This document shows, in pieces, positions 1-11,959 of a DNA stretch of 64,000 nucleotides. The stretch lies in the NCBI GenBank assembly GCA_964016885.1, contig OZ024745.1:90210001-90274000 (forward strand), read 5' to 3'. Each line of letters opens with the position of its first letter. Position 1 is the stretch's first letter. Position numbers and translations under genes: made by a program. This DNA is from Eledone cirrhosa. Taxonomy: Eukaryota. The notes under the pieces were generated by a model that worked only from the letters and a program-made list of their open reading frames with translations, did not search any database and was not told where the DNA came from.

Positions 1-1010
1 GTATACACAAAATACACATAAAATATATATATTAAAAAATATATATATATGTGTGTGTTTAATTATATAAATGTCTATAAATATACTGACATAAATACGT
101 ATATTACGCGCGCGCACACATACCTACATGTAAATACACATATGTTCGCTAAACGTACGTCAACCAAAACACAAAGTATACATATACACACACCCTACAT
201 ACGTACGAACCCGCATACTCACACAGACGCAAAACACACGTATACACATAACCAAAACCATATGTACCAGAATATAGAATATATACGCCAAAACACATAC
301 AATCAAATATACGTACGAGGAAGTATACGTACCTTCACAAAACATACAGGTAATATATGCTTACCTATACAAATAAGTAATGGTGTAAACATAACATATA
401 CTTAGCTACCACATCAAGACGTAAATATCCGCGTATATTTCGTACTATCCGTTAGGGTATAATGTGGGCCTGTATTACAGGTAAGTTTTGTGGAATTTAT
501 GTTTACAAGCCGAAATTGCCTCAGATGTTTAAGATGTGGTCTTTGGCGTGGAGTATTTCCAGAGCCTCAGCGGCGCAAAGGTCACATGGTATTTTATTTC
601 CGTTATACGATCTAGCCCTAGCTAGGATCTCCCAGTGTAACTTATATTGGGTATGGCTGTCTTTTAGACTCCAGATATAAGCTGAAAGTGACGTCATATT
701 CCTTCTTAAAGGGTAACGAAAAGAATGGGTATGCATGTAAAGACGCTGCTGGAATCTATTGGCGGTTAACCCTATGTAGGCCCTACGGGACGTGAGTATT
801 TCAATCTTACATTTCTAGTTACTAGAGAGGCAATTCCCGGATAGGGGGCAGTCAACCCGATTCCTACAATTAGAGTTAGTACTAATTACAGGGTTGCACG
901 TGTTCCTACGGCTAGGTAGTTTAGCTAAATTTGAAGCTGTGATGTTATGTGCAAGGTTAGGAGTCGTAGAGTAAGAAATTTTAATAGTATTTCTATTAAA
1001 ATGTTACTAT
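1..1010 (-). mobile_element. Penelope-like element 3' fragment (GIY-YIG C-terminus and 3' UTR), same family as 34929-37927
   Basis: Reverse complement aligns with ~36241-37275. ORF 521-736 (HTHSFRYPLRRNMTSLSAYIWSLKD...CDLC) matches the end of ORF 35623-36711. Confidence 0.9.
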
Positions 1011-1014
1011 ATAT

Positions 1015-2270
1015 ATAGCTAAGTCTTAGCTTCTACCTTCAATGAGTTAGGCCTTAGGATAACAGTAGCCACCAACCTCTCTAGCGTGGATTTCTTAGAC
1101 ATTAATTTAGACCTTCGCACACACACAAACCCTTCCATAAGCTAAACGAGAAACGTAATTACATTCACAAGGACTCATGCCACCCTGCCACTGTTTTTAG
1201 AAACTTCGTTAAGAATATCAGTACTAGAATCTCAAACCTCTCCTCTAATAATGCTATCTTTGACAGGGCGGCACCCTACTATAACACGGCGTTGGCTAAC
1301 AGCGGCTTCTCACAACCTATTACCTACTCTCCCACTAGCAACAACACCATTAAAAAGGTAAGCGCATCAATAGACAAACTATCTGGCTCTCTCCTCCCTA
1401 TTCACTCAACGTTAAAACCAATGTAGGAAAAAAATGTCTAGTCCTCTTAGATAGACAGTTCCCCATAGGTCATAAATATCGCTCCATCTTTAACCGATAC
1501 AAAGTTAAACTAGGATACTCCTGCGCTAAGAACATGAAGGCCCACATCACTAGCAGCCCTAGGAGCAAAACCCCACCAGGGTGGTCTTGCCGTAAACCTG
1601 CAGCTTGCCCCTTCAACAACAATGCAACACACCAGCTGTAATCTATGAAGCTGTGGTCACTTCCAACCGACCAAACGAACAACAGGAGGTCAAATCCTAT
1701 GTGGGCATGGCGGAGGGACGATTCAAGGAGCGTTTCCTGAACCACCAGTCTACCTTCAGATACCCGGACAGACGTTCATCCACGAAACTCGCGAGCCACG
1801 TATGGTCCCTCAAGGACTCAAGTATAGGGTACTCCATTCAATGGAAAGCCATCACTAAATCCAAGCCATACGCAAGGGGAAATCCGACGTGTGGCTTATG
1901 TATTGACGAACGAATAACTATCCTAAAGAGATTACGCAATAGTGATTGCCTAAACACGAGAAGTGAATTTTTCACACGTTGTCCACACGTCACCAAACAT
2001 CTATTACATAACTACAAGACTCCGGACTGATTCTTTGTAATTTTATTTTTAAATTTTTTTATTTTATTTTCAACCAAAAAACTTTCCGGACTTTCGCAGT
2101 TATCTCCCTTACACCTCCCGCACGCAGTCTACTATTGCCTGTGTGAAGTGACCGTGTTTCTGCGCATGCCCGTTCGTACGGTTGTCCTTCCTGTTCCTAT
2201 AACCATATACATCCCGAGCTGAAGATCCGCGAAGGTGAAACAATTGTTCTCGGTATGGTGAACTAACTGT
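1015..2270 (+). mobile_element. Penelope-like element, 5'-truncated and frameshifted (RT thumb, GIY-YIG endonuclease, pLTR with hammerhead)
   Basis: Degenerate DFLDI motif near 1090. ORF 1605-2030 has VIYEA..YVGM..FKERF..H and CGLC..E, a PLE GIY-YIG pattern. Ends in (TA)n. Confidence 0.88.
2203..2258 (+). ncRNA. Type I minimal hammerhead ribozyme in PLE 3' UTR
   Basis: ccgag-CUGAAGA-uccgcgaaggu-GAAA-CAAUUG-UU-cucgg. Stem I ccgag/cucgg, palindromic stem III, cleavage GUU after 2248. Confidence 0.85.
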
Positions 2271-2281
2271 TGTGTAACCAC

Positions 2282-2345
<64 letters not shown>

Positions 2346-2423
2346 CATATATATATATATATATATCTGTGCGTGTGTGTGTATATATATGTGTATATAT
2401 ATATGTGTATATATATGTGTATG

Positions 2424-2478
<55 letters not shown>

Positions 2479-2956
2479 TGAGAGAGATAGAGAGAGAGAG
2501 GGGGGGAGTGAGAGAGAGAGAGAGTGAGAGAGAGAGAGAGTGAGAGAGAGAGAGACGATGGGGAGAGGAGAGGGGAGAGAGAGAATTAATTGAAATAATA
2601 GAAGGATGGCTAACTGAATGATTTCCAGTATCTAATTGGCTGATTGCCTAATGTTTCTGCCTTCGGATCCCATAGGATATTGATAAAATATCGTTGATCA
2701 ATGAAATATATATAAAGATAGCGAGGTCTACGAGTATGGCCTTTGTACCAACGAGAGGATTTTGATATTATTATAACACTGTAAAGTAAATTACTTCTTT
2801 CTCCTCATAACTTAGTTAATTTCTACAGTGAATTCACCATTCCATATATCATGTTGCGTCTGGACTCAGCAAGTATTTCTTATATGTTACATATATATAT
2901 ATATATGTGTGTGTGTATATATATATATATTTATATATATATATATACATAAAAAC

Positions 2957-3001
<45 letters not shown>

Positions 3002-3004
<3 letters not shown>

Positions 3005-3112
3005 CGATTAGGACCCCGACGGTTGAGCTCAAGCCGTTTCGACGGCTAATTCTGGACTTCAGAATTAGCCGTCGAAACGGCTTGAGCTCAGCCGTCGGGG
3101 TCCTACTCGTTC
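3002..3112. repeat. Fold-back inverted repeat (53-bp arms) made from the 3' half of an HHR-bearing repeat
   Basis: 3002-3054 vs 3060-3112 with 2 mismatches. The right arm and following sequence match the reverse complement of 33125-33238. Confidence 0.9.
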
Positions 3113-3417
3113 CTATTACGCACTCTACTACCCTAAGTATTGAGTACTTTGGTGCGTTATGGTCCATCTGGTCCAATCAATGGAGAGTACTATGCCAACT
3201 TGCTGATACACTTACGAAAGGTTATCAAGACCAAACACCCAGGAAAACTGACGAAAGAGGTCTAGGACAATGCTCCAGCACACAAATCCTTGGTTTCAAT
3301 GGCTGATGTGCGTGACTGTGGCTTTGAACTGGTCGATCCCCCTCCCTACCACCATACATATACATACATAGATGCATACGTGCATGCATGCAAACATACA
3401 AACATACATACATACAT

Positions 3418-3700
3418 GATGGCTGCCCCCTCGTTATCGAGTATGGCCATTGCACGATATACCATTATTAATAATTATTAATTAATTATATCGTGCAATG
3501 CCTGTGCGCAAAGATATTTTTTTAAAGTGAGGAAAGATTGTGCACTGAGCCAATCCCACTCTCTGAGCGACAGTAGCTATAACTCGAAAATAAGAAACGA
3601 TCAACATCATCGGTAACTACTGAGCCGCAGGTTTTATATCGGAGTTATGCCAGTTTCCTGAGTTACCCTGACAAAGGCTAGGGTTCGTTCACTCCCAGTG
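3418..3700 (-). mobile_element. Non-autonomous retroelement copy, related to 5870-6470
   Basis: Shared blocks ggctgcc..tcgtt.tcgagta.ggcca, gcaatgcctgtgc, cccactctct, tcaacatcat and gacaaaggcta. Abuts (TACA)n. Confidence 0.6.
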
Positions 3701-3996
3701 GTTTAACTGCGCGATCTGGTATCCAGCCGATTATTTCTATGTGCCCGCGCATGTACATACATATGCATACATGTATATACATATATATATATACACACAT
3801 ACACATGCATACATGTATATACATATATATATACACACACACATACACATGCATACATGTATAGACATATTTACACATTTACACATACATACAAACATGC
3901 ATATATACATGCATACATGCATACATACCAGGGGCGAAGGGTGTGCGCATGCAACGCATGAAGTGCATACGTTATAGAATATTGAGTTGATCAATT

Positions 3997-4170
3997 GCGT
4001 CGGTTGAAGCAAGTAGAAATTTGGCTGCTTACTAAATCGTAGACACATAAAAAGATAACACTCACACACACATACACACAAACACACGACAGCGTCGGTT
4101 GAAGCAAGCAGAATTTTGGCTGCTTGCTAAATCGTAGACACATAAAAAGACAACACACACGCACGCACAC

Positions 4171-4224
<54 letters not shown>

Positions 4225-4301
4225 ACAAACACACGGCAGCGTCGGTTGAAGCAAGCAGAATTTTGGCTGCTTACTAAGCCGTAGACACATAAAAAGATAA
4301 C
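3997..4301. repeat. Three copies of a ~62-bp hairpin-containing unit separated by (CA)n
   Basis: gcgtcggttgaagcaag.agaa.tttggctgctt.ctaa..cgtagacacataaaa at ~3997, ~4092 and ~4239. Confidence 0.9.
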
Positions 4302-4513
4302 ACACACACAGACACTAGATAACATTACATGAGGCTTTGACCGGGAGGGTCATTTAGAGGGAATGGGGGGGTAAGGCTACACAGCCCCACTTTCCGCCAT
4401 GGCGATTGGACTGCATGCCCTGCTTTCCAGGTTACCCTTCGCCACTAATACATACATACATACATACATACATACATACATACATACATACATACATACA
4501 TACATACATACAC

Positions 4514-5856
4514 CGGAAACTTCCACATCAAAAGTGACATAGACCGCCTTTACTTGAAACGTAAGCAGGGAGGCAGAGGCCTAACATCAGTCCAGACAAC
4601 ATTTGAATGTCGCATCATATCCCTCCGACAACATCTACGAACCTCGAAGCGTAGGAGCCCGTTTCTCGAGCAAGTCTATCTGCATGAAACAGATAAGATC
4701 ATCAGAGTTGGGAAGGAACTCCTTGAGAGATATTCCCTGTGTGATAATCAAAAACTCACACACAGAGAAGTCGCTCAGCAGTATCACAGTGAATCCATGG
4801 ATGAAAATCTGCATACTTATCAGCAAAAAATCATGCATGGGTATGATGCCAGGAAGCTCCAGAGTGAGAGTAATGTAGATAAGGAAAGTAGTCTATCTTG
4901 GACCAACAACTGCTATATTGGCTCCCACTTTGAAGGATACGCTTTTGCAATCCAAGAGCAGGAGATTAACTCGAAATAACTGATTCACAAAAGAGATAGG
5001 GATGCAGGCAAAACACCTAGATATGATAAGTGCAGACTCTGCAGAACTAACATCGAGGATATCACCCATGTCATCAGCAGCTGTCCAAAGATGTCATCGC
5101 GGTACTATCTACCTATGAGGCATGATGTGGTGGCCAAAACACTGTACAATGAAGTTCGTAGAAAAGATAGCCCCGATAATAAACACATTAAAAGCTACAG
5201 CAATGTGGAAGACATCCATGTACATAATATGAAAGAGTACTGGTGGAATGTTCCAGTAAAAACCCCAATAAAATGCAGGCATAACAGATCAGATATTATG
5301 ATATGGGACAGGGAGAAGAAAGCATGCACAGTAGTGGGAATTAGCTGCCCAGCAGATGCCAATATAATATAAAAGATTAGCAAAAGGGAGAATATTTATG
5401 CAGAACTGATGAGAAATCTGCAGAGACTCCACCCTGATTACACCTTCAGATTTATGCCTGTGATTATTGGGGCATTGGGGTATGTTAGTAACTGCCTCAA
5501 TACAAATCTTGAGAAGCTAGGCTTCACAGGAACAGAAAGAACACAACTAGTTAGGAAATTACAAGTACAATCCATTAATGGAACAGTAAAAATATGTAAA
5601 ACATTCCAAAAATGTTGCATCTAGTAACTGCATATACACATGTACAGATGCAAAGTATATACACATGCACACATACATCTCAAAACATACATATCCCCAC
5701 ATACAATAACATCCATATATACACATGCAGACATGCATACATAATCTACCTAGTTGATGTTGTTTAAATTCCAATGAGAGAGTCTTGTGTCAGTGTTAGA
5801 AACCGACTCTCTCTCTCTATTGGTAAAAATTTGTGAAAGTATAAAACCAGAAGAAC
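4514..5856 (+). mobile_element. R4/Dong-clade non-LTR retrotransposon 3' fragment (RLE domain), degenerate
   Basis: DIDRLYLKRKQGGRGL, AIQEQEI, CRLC..EDITHVISSC, RHD, NRSDI and PVIIGALG. Flanked on both sides by (TACA)n. Confidence 0.88.
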
Positions 5857-5869
5857 ATACATACATACA

Positions 5870-6471
5870 TGGTGGCTGCCAACTCGTTTTCGAGTACGGC
5901 CACTACTTTATATCCATGTAGGAGAACCCCCACCGATGCGCTAAACAAGTGTGACTTTTAGTCCAGCCAGCGACTTGAAAACTCTGGTACAAACACTACA
6001 CCTGTGACAATTATTGACACATAGTGTTGGGCCTTTGGTACCATGTGACGACAAGTGTAGAGAGATCTCCAGATATAAAGCAATGCCTGTGCCGTGAAGC
6101 TTTTATAGTGAGCAAAGGCACTGCACAAAGCCAGTCCCACTCTCTTAACCAAGATGATATTTACCAAAAAGAAGAATAAGTCAACATCATTGGATACCAT
6201 CAGGGTTGCAGGTGTTATATCAGAGTTTTCCTTCTCTTAGAATTCTGCCTTGACAAAGGCTAAGGGGTCATCTCTCCCGGTGATTTTGGATGGCCATTGA
6301 CTCTTAAGAGCTCCTTTGCCAGGTTTTGTTTTTAGTCCTGCAGGATGTCCAAAGTCACCCTCCTCACCAAGAAACCTTGGTGGGGTTGCCAGTTTAGTCG
6401 CCAACGACCCGACCATGGGACAGGTTGTACTGGGATACATGTTACCAGTAGCACCAACTGGTGACCTGACA
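5870..6471 (-). mobile_element. Non-autonomous LINE-5'UTR-like element inserted in (TACA)n
   Basis: Flanked by (CATA)n on both sides, homologous to 3418-3700, with a short extra terminal copy at 6540-6566. Confidence 0.6.
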
Positions 6472-6999
6472 ATACATACATACATACATACATACATACA
6501 TACATACATACATACATACATACATACATACATACATACATGGTGGCTGCCAACTCGTTTTCGAGTTTGTAGTTATTGTGCTTGTGTATGTATTCCGTAC
6601 TATACGAACATGCCAGACAACAACACGACGGTAACATAGACAACATAGAAATTAGAATAATATCTAAACATAGAAATGACCCAGCAGATAGGCAAATCAG
6701 AGAGGCCAGTGAAGTAGAACTTAGAAGGCCAGGGATAAACAGAAAGAATGAATGGAATAACAACAACACCCAAACAAACAACATTGACCTAAGAGAAGTA
6801 TAAATAAATAACTAGATAAATAAATAAATAAATACATACACAAGCACAATAACAACAAACACATATAAACACACACTAGTAAAGATAGAATACATTAACC
6901 AATACACAGTCACCCAATCACGAACACACATCAAACAAAACACTATACACACACGCAAACGCATGTGCAAAGAAGACAAAATAAAATAAACAAATAAAT

Positions 7000-7318
7000 A
7001 AATATATAAACAGACTAAATAAAGATGGCTTAGAAAATACAATGCAACGGGAGGAAACAATAGCACCACTGACCATGTTGCAGATGTGCAACGAAAGAAC
7101 TTTGATAAACTATATATATGTGTTTGTGTCTATATTGTATCTGTATTATTTTTGACCGTTGGTCAGTCAATGGCAACATTGAGGACCGAATAAATTAGAT
7201 TACCGATATAAAAGACACAGAAGCGAAAAGCGAAAACCAACCAAACAGTGAGTGTGTTCTGTTATTAATTCTGGCAATATTACACAAATATGACCGTCCC
7301 CAAGTATAACAATATATA
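7000..7318 (+). mobile_element. PLE pLTR-like repeat with a degenerate HHR (7065-7107)
   Basis: CUGACCA-U-GUUGCA/UGCAAC-GAAA-GAACUU. Near-identical inverted copy at 61772-61882 and a related copy at 9950-10450. Confidence 0.65.
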
Positions 7319-7358
7319 TATATATACATATATACATATTTATATATATATATACACA

Positions 7359-7403
<45 letters not shown>

Positions 7404-7434
7404 CTTGGCGTTACTGTAGCTTCACCCGGGTGAG

Positions 7435-7492
<58 letters not shown>

Positions 7493-8095
7493 ATACAGAC
7501 ATATATACATATACAAAATAATAATTTTGATCTATCCACAAACTATTGATCGTATCATCTGGCAAATGCACAGGTCAGGAGTGTTAAAAATAGCTCATCA
7601 TTAGGACCTGTAGCTAAACCGACTAAATTAAAATTTTTCAAAATTATTTTTAGGATCAGAAATATAATAATAGATCAGTAAATGCTGCTTATACAAAATA
7701 TATCCAAGACCATGCGTATATATATATATATTTCTCTCTCTCGTCTACGATTTCACAGAACTTACGTTCACCGAATTCACAGATTAGATCCCTTCTTCCT
7801 TCCGTTAGACCTGTACGGAATTCCTTCCTTGCTCACATTCCAACCAGGTTTGATGGTCTTTATTCTCTCTCGTTCACGATTTCACCGAACTTATATTCAT
7901 GGAAATTTGGAATTTGACTCCTTTTTCCTCACTTTTCGTTGCTTCACCATCTTTGTTTGTTTACACTCTCGTGTCCCCTTTATTTACGTGTCCCAACGAC
8001 TTTTTTTAGCCGTTGCTCGCACCAACCGGAGGTATATGGTCTTTAAAGCGATGAAATACCAATGATGGTTGGAAGATCACTGATGAAGGACTAAC

Positions 8096-8132
<37 letters not shown>

Positions 8133-8136
<4 letters not shown>

Positions 8137-8859
8137 TCGCTAAAAAGCTTTCTCCGATATTGTATTTATTTACTTACTCTTGGCGCAGCAGATTTGAAAA
8201 AAATTCCCGGTATAAGGTTAGCATTTCTTTGTTTATTTTTTATATATGAATATTGATTGTTCCTTTTATCTCATTCTGTTATTTTGCCCGAGAAAATATC
8301 TGTGTGTGTCATCAAATGTTGTACACACATAGATATTTTTTCAATTTCCAATTGAGTTCTTAGCACGTGGCCTGAATTCCTTTCAGAGTTCATTGTCACG
8401 CGCATGTATTGTTTTTTTTTTTTGGCGGTAATTCACTTCGTCATGTTTTGAATCAGTTCGAGCACTTCTTTCAGAACTGCTGGACTGGCTACCTGACAGA
8501 TACCTCAGGCACAGAAAGCGATTATCGCTAAATGCTGATGCTGGTTAGATTATCAATATTAGTATTATTGGGGCACCCACTGATGAATTATAGGAGCCCA
8601 CTTGAATATATATCTATTACCTACATAAATTTGTATAATTTCACCCAAATTGTATGAGTCCTATAATGAAACGAGACGTCCGTCTGGGAAGAGATATATT
8701 TGATATGTCTCATTTGAAATAATACAGCCAATTTTCCACGCAATACTTTTAGTTAGCACCCCGAACACATAATTCTGAATATAATCACTTATTTCCTAAT
8801 GTTTGTTGAGTGAGTTGGAGTTTGGCCGGAGTATCGCTAAAAAGCTTTCTCCGATATTG

Positions 8860-8869
<10 letters not shown>
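8133..8869 (+). mobile_element. ORF-less unit (697-bp period) with 40-bp direct terminal repeats, flanked by (TA)n and carrying an HHR (retrozyme-like)
   Basis: agtatcgctaaaaagctttctccgatattgtatttattta at 8133-8172 and 8830-8869. Confidence 0.75.
8576..8688 (+). ncRNA. Type I hammerhead ribozyme with long stem II
   Basis: ccca-CUGAUGA-auuauagga...uccuauaau-GAAA-CG(AGACGUC)CG-UC-uggg. 9-bp stem II base, palindromic loop III, GUC cleavage after 8684. Confidence 0.85.
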
Positions 8870-8943
<74 letters not shown>

Positions 8944-9434
8944 AAGTGACAGAAAATCGGTATGTATGCAATTGAATTTACATGAAGATGGTAAAAACCG
9001 ATTCCTAAAGTCTATACAGTTGTTTCAGTGCTAATCATCATAGCATAGCCATAGTTTTGGGGCCTTGTACCTGGATGGCACCTCTATGAGGGGGTACAGG
9101 CCAGTTGGCCGCACCGAACCCATCTCGTATATATGTGTGTGTATATATATATATGTGTGTGTCTATATGTGTATCTATATATATGTAGATATAAGTATAT
9201 ATTTGTATGTATGTGTATATGTATATATGTATATATATATATATATATCTGTAGTATGTTTATTTATGTATGTATATGTATGTAATTTAGTTGAGCTGAC
9301 TTATGGACCTAATAGGGAGCTACTTTTAGCATTCCTATTCCTTCCTTATTGTGCTTAATCGGCAACTACACATGTTCATTATTGGTATTGAATGCATAAC
9401 CGATGGTGGAACTATGTGTCTTTAGTAAGACATG

Positions 9435-9509
9435 GTCTACTGATGATAGGGCTGGTGCATTTATGGTGCCTGTTATCACTTAATGATGATTGGCACTGAA
9501 ACATCTGTA
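9435..9509 (+). ncRNA. Hammerhead motif truncated at its cleavage site
   Basis: gucua-CUGAUGA-stem II-GAAA-CAUCUG-UA followed by (CATA)n. An inverted partial copy at 9009-9045 retains the stem I partner uagac. Confidence 0.65.
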
Positions 9510-9992
9510 CATACATACATACATACATACATACATACATACATACATACATACATACATACATACATACATACATACATACATACATACATACATACAT
9601 ACATACATACATGCTTAGGAGCGTTAACGAGTAATATTTCTATTTGAATATAAACGATATTATACACCATGTCGATTTAACAATTAAGAGATCATAAACA
9701 ACAATTACAATTCCTTTGACAGGTTTCAACCATCTTATCTGTTACATGTCGAGCGTGTAGGTTACCAATTACTGGAATTGTTTTGCTTTCAAGTAAGATG
9801 TAGAGCTTTTTAACTTTTAACTTGTTTTCTGTATAGACCAACTCACTAGTAACGAAATACTTATTCGATTAGCATTAAGTAATTTCTTCTTATGTTGTCG
9901 GGGAAGAAATATTATTATTGCTGTTGTCGATCTTTTTTCAAAGAGAATATTTTTATATTGTTATATTTCGGGAGGGTCATGTTGTCCTAATA

Positions 9993-10210
9993 ATTGTTTC
10001 TACTTTAGGCACAAGGCCAGCAATTTGAAAAGGGGGGGGGGGAGTCGATTAAATCAACCTAAGTGCATTACTGGTACTTTATTTATTGATTCCGTAAGGT
10101 TAGGCAAAACTAACCTCGGTGGGATTTGAACTCAGAACGTAAAGGGCCATAACTCTATGCCACGAAGCATGATGTCAGAGGCTCCACCGATACTACCAAT
10201 CCACCACCCT
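9993..10210 (-). mobile_element. tRNA-derived SINE with 14-bp TSD
   Basis: B-box GAGTTCAAATCCC on the minus strand. TSD atgttgtcctaata at 9979-9992 and 10211-10224. Same family as 20711-20903. Confidence 0.88.
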
Positions 10211-10379
10211 ATGTTGTCCTAATATTGCCAAAAAATAGTAAAACACACTGTTTGGTTTGGTTTGGTTTGGTTTAGTTATCGCTTCAGTATATTTTCATAT
10301 TTTTATGAATAATTTAGCAGGCAATCAATGTTTATTATTGATTGACCCACAGTTAAAAGTATAAATATAAATATAATTT

Positions 10380-10423
10380 ATCAGAGTTCTTTCGTCACAC
10401 ATTACTGTGACATCTTCAGTGAT
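10380..10423 (-). ncRNA. Type I minimal hammerhead ribozyme
   Basis: Minus strand: auca-CUGAAGA-u-GUCAC..GUGAC-GAAA-GAAC-UC-ugau. Confidence 0.75.
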
Positions 10424-10766
10424 TATTGCTGTGTTTCCTCTCGTGTTTCTATAACGTTTTTTTATATATATTTGTGTGTTTAGATGGACTTATCTTCGTG
10501 TTATCTTATTTCTCTTTATCGATAATATAATGTTTGTTATAGTTCTTGTTGATAAACAAGTTTGTTATAGGTCCTGTCGTGTATATGAATGTATGCATAA
10601 TGGAGTGTCTTGCTGTGGAGCTTATGTGTATATATCAGCATGCGTATCCGTCTAAAATAAACGAACGCAATGTTATTCTAATCAAGCTATCAAATATTTT
10701 GATATTAGCAATATTTTACCAGTGTATATAAAGTATAAAAGTCGAGAGATAAATATGTATACATAC

Positions 10767-10988
10767 TTGGTATGCTGCGTGTCTCATAAACTGCTTGGCG
10801 GGAGCTTTCCATATCGCTGGTACTGTAATTACCCATCGTACATCATCATTAACAATCTCCATGCCTGACTGATCCGACAACTCTTGTAAGGCGTGTTCTT
10901 TGAAGAACTTCAGAGCATAGGAAAACACCTTGAGAGCCGACATCGTTTTACCGTTGGTTGCTTCCAAAGCCGTGTCTTTAGTTAAGTC
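10767..10988 (-). CDS. HSPA12A: Internal exon (222 bp, phase 0-0) of a heat shock 70 kDa protein 12 (HSPA12A-like) gene
   Basis: [14 protein letters not shown]...LQELSDQSG...[26 protein letters not shown] is a recognisable HSPA12 segment. Acceptor ttttag| at 10989 and donor |gtatgt at 10766. Confidence 0.92.
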
Positions 10989-11195
10989 CTAAAATAGTTA
11001 AATAAAACAATAAAACAAAATAACTTATGATTTTGATACGAGTCCACAAATATTAGGCGTTTTACGATAGAAATTTATTGGTTCTTAATTTATTGAATTA
11101 CGAAAGGTTGGAAAGGATGGTGATTCTGATGGAGGAAGATGAAAAATGTCGTAAGTTTGTCATTTTTACCGTTATCACAAATACATATCTAATTG

Positions 11196-11232
<37 letters not shown>

Positions 11233-11233
<1 letters not shown>

Positions 11234-11920
11234 TAGCAGAATGGCCCAGCGTTGCTCGGGCTTCTAAACATAGATTGGCATGTTTATCCCTCCTTTCTGA
11301 AACAGTACAGGGAAGTACGGAATACATCGGCCTGGGGATGGTGTCTACATATTGTGCTTATAAAAAAGATTCAACCCACGAAAGCCAAGACGATAGGGTT
11401 AAGTAAAAAGGCACTCGATAAACCGAACATGTATTTGTTGTGCTATGGTACAATGAAAGCAATAGTTACAGAGCAGTAAGCATGTGGGACTGCATGGTGG
11501 AGAGCATGAAGGAATTTAGTTGGATACTTTTAAGGTTACAAAAATCTACCCAATAGACCGAACTGTTATATCGGATGCCGAACGCTTCGGAATTATTACT
11601 GGTGTCACCATCAACAATTTAAAGGGGTGTGCGTTTAAGTAGGGATAATATAGTATATAAAGAGAGGTAACTCTTTCAAAATACTAAAGAGTTGTCTCTA
11701 CATTGTAGACAACATTGCCGACAAAAAGGGCTTAAAGTTTTAGTGAAAAAAACGCCTTTAACAACAGAAAAGTGAAACATAAAAGCTGCAGTTAATGTCT
11801 TTAGACTGCAAGGAATATATAAATGCAAGTTTGAAGTCAATCGGAGTAGAAATGTAGATTTGTATAGACTTTGCCAAAATTAGGACACAGACAGAGAGAC
11901 AATTAACGTGTAGATATAGA
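11233..11920 (-). mobile_element. Non-autonomous Helitron
   Basis: Minus strand starts TC(TATATCTAC) with (CTGT)-type repeats and ends with hairpin cccgagcaacgctggg followed by CTAG|T. No TSD. Confidence 0.75.
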
Positions 11921-11959
11921 GGTAGATAGAAATCTTTCAGATAGATAAATAGATAGATA

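Noticed and set aside
3248-3300. CUGACGA motif
   Set aside because: No downstream GAAA or stems consistent with a hammerhead.
3997-4301. Repeat-spacer pattern resembling CRISPR
   Set aside because: The spacers are (CA)n, the context is eukaryotic, and there are no cas genes.
11122-11155. CUGAUGG...GAAAAAUGUC
   Set aside because: No stem I or stem II pairing.
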